A stretch of 64,000 nucleotides of DNA, taken from contig JAHPZA010000003.1 in the NCBI GenBank assembly GCA_019058445.1, positions 1 through 64,000 on the forward strand. Direction: 5' to 3'. Shown piece after piece: positions 59,333-64,000 of this stretch. The position numbers were made by a program, and so were the translations under genes. Each line of letters opens with the position of its first letter. Positions within the stretch are counted from its first letter, which is position 1. Origin of the DNA: Promethearchaeota archaeon. Lineage in GTDB: Archaea > Asgardarchaeota > Lokiarchaeia > Sigyniarchaeales > SOKP01. Below the pieces are notes generated by a model. The model was not told the origin of the DNA. It saw only the letters and a program-made list of their open reading frames with translations, and did no database searches.

Positions 59333-60541
59333 ATGTCAAATAATAACAAATCTTTAGTTTACTGGGCATCACCTTATGAAATTCCAGATGCTTTTTTGCA
59401 TGCTACGAAAAATATGGTCACTAATAATTTAATACAAACAAGAATTATTGCTGATAAGATTTTAGATCATATTAATGAAGGAGAAAAAGTGGGGGTTAAG
59501 GTTCACGTTGGTGAAGCCTATAACACTCGATATTTACGCGCTGACTATGTGCGTGAGGTTGTAGATGTTATTAAATCAAAAGGAGGGATCCCTACTCTTA
59601 TTGAGACTCAAGGACTTGGAATGACCCATAACATCGTTGACATCCCAAATATCTGCACGTTCAGTTTAAGATGTCGAAACACTATTGAACATCAAAAAAT
59701 CGCCAATCTTCACGGATATTCTGAATTAGTAATCGGAGCTCCTTTAAAATTTATTGATGAAGGGAGAGAAAATAATGGCAGAATTATTGAAATTGGTGGA
59801 ATTCAACTCAAAAAAGTATCTGTTGCTTCTAGAATTTATGATTATGACAAACTCGTAGTCATTTCACACTTTAAAGGTCATGGATTTGGAGGTTTTGGAG
59901 GTGCATTAAAAAATTTGGGAATCGGTTGCGTAACCGACAGAAATAAATTTCTCGCTCACTTTAATGGTCCTTTAAGCGTCTCAAAGAAATGTAATTTTTC
60001 CAAATGCAATAAGGAGTGTATTGATGTTTGCCCTGTAAATGCGATTGATATTGAAAATGGATCTGCAGTGATTGATCCAAATAAATGCATTGATTGTTTC
60101 GATTGTAGAAGTGTGTGTCCCGTAAGAAACGCTATTAAATTCCCGGGATTTAATGATTTCAGTACATTTAACGAAATTTTGATAGACAATGCTACAGGCG
60201 TGATCAAGTCCTTTGGTCCTGAAAATATTCGTTATTTTAATTTTGCGCTTGATATCCCCTCTATATGTGATTGCCTTGTAAACGCAGGTATGCCTATAAT
60301 TCCTGATCTCGGAATCTTTGGTTCAGCTGACCCTCTTTCGATAGATAAAGCTTGTATAGACGCTGAAACAAAAGCCCCCGGACTTCCAATTTTAAATGCT
60401 AAAGGAGAATGGTTACCTCCTGTAGAAGCTGGAATTGAAAAGTTCAAAGCAGTGAATCAAAGTATGGATCCATCTTGGCAAATTAATGCTGCGCTAAAAA
60501 ATAAACTAGGAAATATAAATTATAAGTTAATAAAAATATAA
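59333..60541 (+). CDS. DUF362 Fe-S protein with 4Fe-4S ferredoxin domain
   Basis: KVHVGE, SHFKGH, GGALKNLGIG, CIDVCP / CIDCFDCRSVCP, CDC, SADPLSID. Confidence 0.88.
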   Translation: MSNNNKSLVYWASPYEIPDAFLHATKNMVTNNLIQTRIIADKILDHINEGEKVGVKVHVGEAYNTRYLRADYVREVVDVIKSKGGIPTLIETQGLGMTHNIVDIPNICTFSLRCRNTIEHQKIANLHGYSELVIGAPLKFIDEGRENNGRIIEIGGIQLKKVSVASRIYDYDKLVVISHFKGHGFGGFGGALKNLGIGCVTDRNKFLAHFNGPLSVSKKCNFSKCNKECIDVCPVNAIDIENGSAVIDPNKCIDCFDCRSVCPVRNAIKFPGFNDFSTFNEILIDNATGVIKSFGPENIRYFNFALDIPSICDCLVNAGMPIIPDLGIFGSADPLSIDKACIDAETKAPGLPILNAKGEWLPPVEAGIEKFKAVNQSMDPSWQINAALKNKLGNINYKLIKI

Positions 60542-60550
60542 TTAGAATCC

Positions 60551-61129
60551 TCATAAAAGCTTATCATATGCTAATTGATGATCCTCTAATATCTTTTCAG
60601 TTATTTTTTTAAAACTCTGGAGAATATTTACATTGTTTTTAGCAGATGTTCTTATAAAATCTTTCTCATTATGTCGATTCATGAATTGTTTAATGACCAA
60701 GTCATCCACTCTACTATGTTTATCCAGTTTTTTAACAAGATCTTCTTTTGTGCCAAGTATTATTTTCGGACAGTTTATTACTTTCTCATCAGTTAGTCTT
60801 TCATACCACCAGTCTAAGCTCAAAAGACTCTGCATATTAGTGAGATCAAAAGTCATAAATATCCCATTTGCGCCATTAATGTAGTATGTAAATAACCGTT
60901 TAAATTGCTCTTGTCCTCCGAAATCCCAAACTGACAACCTTATAAAGGATTTTTTCTTTTCAATCAATACGGGTAATTCATATGTATAGAAATCAATTCC
61001 AATCGTTAGTTTAGTGTTCGCATCAAAAGTGTCATAGCATAATCTTCTTGCGATGCATGTCTTCCCGACTGCACCAGCACCTAATAAACATATCTTGAAA
61101 ATATATGCAGGTTGTGGTTTTTCTGGCAT
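60551..61129 (-). CDS. Rab/Roc-like small GTPase; paralogue of 48421-49026
   Basis: GAGAVGKT, TIGIDF, WDFGGQ, GTKED, TSAK. Confidence 0.92.
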   Translation of the reverse strand: MPEKPQPAYIFKICLLGAGAVGKTCIARRLCYDTFDANTKLTIGIDFYTYELPVLIEKKKSFIRLSVWDFGGQEQFKRLFTYYINGANGIFMTFDLTNMQSLLSLDWWYERLTDEKVINCPKIILGTKEDLVKKLDKHSRVDDLVIKQFMNRHNEKDFIRTSAKNNVNILQSFKKITEKILEDHQLAYDKLL

Positions 61130-61311
61130 TATTTTTACCGATTATAATAAATTAATTTGTTTTAGAAGAATAAAATCTTTAATTGGTCTTAATTAATTTA
61201 TTAAATTTCCAATTATATAGAATTAAAAAAATTCCCTTCTTTAAATTTAAGTTTTTTTATATTATTATAAATTTTAAAAAAGAAAAATTTTTTGAAATAT
61301 GCTAAATTCGT

Positions 61312-63309
61312 TTATTTTCCAAATTGTTCTCGAATTTTCGATCTTAAAACCTTTCCCACAGGCGAGATGGGAAATTCTTGGGTGAATACAACAGACCTTG
61401 GTTTTTTATAACTAGCAATTTTCCCCTCAACAAATTGTATGACCTCTTCTTGAGTCATTGCTTTGCCTTCCTTTAAAATGACGACAGCTCGTACTGTTTC
61501 ACCCCACTCTTCATCGGGAATTCCAATGACACAAACTTGATCTATCTTCGGGTGTTCAATTAGAACTTCTTCCACTTCAATAGGAAACACTTTTTCACCA
61601 CCAGTATTTATACACTCTTTCATTCGTTCCACAACGAAAAATTGTCCATTTTTTACGTAACCAAGATCGCCACTGTGGAGATACCCATCATCATCGATCG
61701 TTTGGGCGGTTTTATCGGGATCTTTATAATAACCTTTCATTACAGATGCACCTCGATAGCAAATTTCACCTATCTCACCATCTGGAACTGGATTATTATT
61801 CTCATCGACTACTTTCATTTCCAATCCCTCAAGAAGAGTGCCCACACATCTATCTTGCACATTATCGACATCTCCGTCCACTTTCATTGTAGTTACAGGA
61901 GCTGTTTCAGATTGGCCAAAAGCATCCACAATCACAGCATTGGGAAAATATTGTAAAATCTTTTTCTTATATTTTCCTTGCAGTACTGCTGCCCCAGATA
62001 AGCCGATAGAAAGGGATGATAAATCATACTCACTTCCTGATGTCTCTAAGGCATCTAAAACTCGCTTCCACATGGTAGGGACAAGAAATAGAGTTTTTAA
62101 CTTCTGTTGTTCAATCATTTCTAATAATTCTATAGGGTCAAATTTTTTACTGGTAAGAAAGACCACCGTGGAACCTCGAAACATCCAACTTATCAAAAAT
62201 ACGGCATATGACGCAAGATGAAAAAGGGGTGGAACCATTGTATTCTTTTCGATTTCTTCATGTTCAGGTCTGTTTCGCATTGCCTTTTTCAAAGCTTTAA
62301 CAACTTCCTTTTCTCCAGAAACTCTTATTTTCTTCTGCATCATTAATCTAATCATCTTGAACATTAATTTCACTTTTCCCCTTCGAGAATAGGACAGAGT
62401 GCTGATGTTTGCATATTCGCGTAGTCTACTTGCCAATTCCATATGTACTAATCCATGATACTTGCCTTCTGGGGGTTTCCCGAAAAAATGCTTCAATTTC
62501 CCTTCCCGTATTGTATATGTCATCTCTGCAAGAGAAGGTCCAATCTCACTTGGTGTTTCTATTACGATAACCTTATTCTCCCTCTCTGGATTCTCAAAAA
62601 ATACTTCGGGAATACCAGTTAATGATTCTGTATATTCTAAGAGCCGCCTTTGTAGCTCATTTTTTGCATAGACCGGTTCATCGAGTTCATCAACAGGAGG
62701 TAATAACCTCGAAAGAAAAGCTAATGCCATTTCTTCATTTGAAAGAATATTTTCATAGGTTAACATAACCCCCTTAGGACGTCCTGTAGTTCCGCCTGTA
62801 TATATAATTACAGCGATATCATGAATATCGATATCAACCTTAATCTCTTTATCTTTTGCTTCTTGAATAAATTTGGAATAATTTAACATACCAATGGGCG
62901 TATTCGGACCATCATGGATCAAATATTTGACATTTGGGATCCTATCATGGATTTTCTGAATCTCTAGAAGGGCATCATCATCAAATATAAATGCAATAGA
63001 GTCACTATTATTAAGTAAAAATTCCATTTCAGAAGCAACATACCGAAAGTTCATTGGTACTGGAATTGCTCCCAATTCTTGTATTCCTATATTCGTAATG
63101 ATAAATTGTGGAGAATTATAAAAAAGAAATGCAACCTTATCGCCTTTTTTAATTCCCAGATTTTTTAGAGCATTAGCCATTTTATTTATTAGCGAATTTA
63201 ATTCCTTCCAGGTGATTTGTTTGTCGCCATAAATAATTGCTAATCGATTTTTTGGATAATGCGTGGCTTTGATATATACTGCTTCTTTAAATTTTCCTAA
63301 ACGGACCAT
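61312..63309 (-). CDS. Long-chain acyl-CoA synthetase (AMP-binding) with internal insertion
   Basis: YTGGTTGRPKG, PLFH, FGQSE, SGDLG, GGEKVFPIEVE, GKVL. Confidence 0.92.
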   Translation of the reverse strand: MVRLGKFKEAVYIKATHYPKNRLAIIYGDKQITWKELNSLINKMANALKNLGIKKGDKVAFLFYNSPQFIITNIGIQELGAIPVPMNFRYVASEMEFLLNNSDSIAFIFDDDALLEIQKIHDRIPNVKYLIHDGPNTPIGMLNYSKFIQEAKDKEIKVDIDIHDIAVIIYTGGTTGRPKGVMLTYENILSNEEMALAFLSRLLPPVDELDEPVYAKNELQRRLLEYTESLTGIPEVFFENPERENKVIVIETPSEIGPSLAEMTYTIREGKLKHFFGKPPEGKYHGLVHMELASRLREYANISTLSYSRRGKVKLMFKMIRLMMQKKIRVSGEKEVVKALKKAMRNRPEHEEIEKNTMVPPLFHLASYAVFLISWMFRGSTVVFLTSKKFDPIELLEMIEQQKLKTLFLVPTMWKRVLDALETSGSEYDLSSLSIGLSGAAVLQGKYKKKILQYFPNAVIVDAFGQSETAPVTTMKVDGDVDNVQDRCVGTLLEGLEMKVVDENNNPVPDGEIGEICYRGASVMKGYYKDPDKTAQTIDDDGYLHSGDLGYVKNGQFFVVERMKECINTGGEKVFPIEVEEVLIEHPKIDQVCVIGIPDEEWGETVRAVVILKEGKAMTQEEVIQFVEGKIASYKKPRSVVFTQEFPISPVGKVLRSKIREQFGK

Positions 63310-63622
63310 ATTTAATTCCCTTGGATTTTAATTAACTTTTCATATTATTTCTTTTTTAATCAACATTTGAGAAAAAGTAATTTAAATGTTTTCTTATCAT
63401 TTTAAGCCGAAGTTAAATTTTCGCTCATCTAAAAAGCCAGTATAGTTCTTAAGGTGATATACGATAATTTACTTTTTTAAAAATTTTTACTGTCATTATG
63501 AAAAACTTGACAAAAAGATTAAATACTTTAGATTAAAAACATTAAACTATAAAATAAATCATTTCGAATATACTATCAAATTAAAATAAAAAAAACCAAT
63601 TGGGAATTTAGGAGATATTTAT

Positions 63623-64000
63623 ATGTGTCAATGGTGTATGAAACACGGCGCAGGTAAAAAATGGTATCTTAATTCAAAAAATTATTTTGCCGATCAGATT
63701 GCTCCCGAAAATGAAATGAGAGAATATTTAGAAGAACAATGGAAGAATATGGAAAATTTATTCATTCGAAAGATCAAGGGATTTAGTTCAGTTGGCTTAG
63801 GATATAAAATGAAGATGCCTATTATTGGACGGGTACTCCGGGCTGCTGCTGAAGGGATGATTCACAGTGAGAAACAACACAGAAATCCCGTAAGAGCTGA
63901 TGGTCATTTTGGGCAAGCAATTCCGTTAGAAGAAGCAAAATTAATTATGTCTGAATTGGCAGCAGAACCAATCATTGAAAATTATTGCTTATGCCGATAC
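63623..64000 (+). CDS. Probable Fe-S protein, 5' part only
   Basis: MCQWCMKHGAGKKWYLN...HFGQAIPLEEA...CLCR; GGAGA RBS; runs off the window. Confidence 0.7.
   Translation, partial: MCQWCMKHGAGKKWYLNSKNYFADQIAPENEMREYLEEQWKNMENLFIRKIKGFSSVGLGYKMKMPIIGRVLRAAAEGMIHSEKQHRNPVRADGHFGQAIPLEEAKLIMSELAAEPIIENYCLCRY

Noticed and set aside
8488-62671. Many short antisense or overlapping ORFs (e.g. 8488, 9601, 17277, 30340, 61838)
   Set aside because: They lie within well-supported genes and have no recognisable motifs.

Overview
AT-rich archaeal chromosomal window, most likely Asgard archaea (Lokiarchaeia/Promethearchaeia). The basis is three Rab/Roc-like small GTPases, roadblock- and longin-like domains, an SDS22-like LRR protein, an archaeal RNase P RNA and GAGGTG ribosome-binding sites. 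Contents: (i) a >1150-aa secreted surface protein with 279-bp tandem repeats running off the left edge, absent from the ORF track; (ii) rnpB, a decayed corrinoid protein gene and a K+-independent H+-PPase; (iii) three SRPBCC paralogues, MFS transporters and a sulfatase; (iv) a glycyl radical enzyme with a non-canonical GCVG Cys loop, plus its activase; (v) a divergent sugar-acid (possibly sulfosugar) catabolic cluster (TrmB, LarA, esterase, split UxaA/SuyAB | AOR, aldolase, IlvD/Edd, GPH transporter, GH172) with a perfect palindrome between the two arms; (vi) amino-sugar genes; (vii) an acetone carboxylase acxABC operon; (viii) an acyl-CoA ligase with an internal SCP2-like insert. The best candidate for an undescribed system is a four-member family of coiled-coil proteins with a conserved head (IDW..P...(V/I).G..LLDL(R/K).KI..LE), a variable-length rod and a conserved tail (M..KGF(L/V)(S/T)D(K/R)E). 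Three copies lie in tandem between a Roadblock-Rab-nuclease-fold fusion and a Rab/Roc-like GTPase plus LRR pair. Several genes appear to start at ATA or ATT codons. No CRISPR array, tRNA, rRNA or transposase was seen. All family calls come from motif recognition by eye, without database searches.
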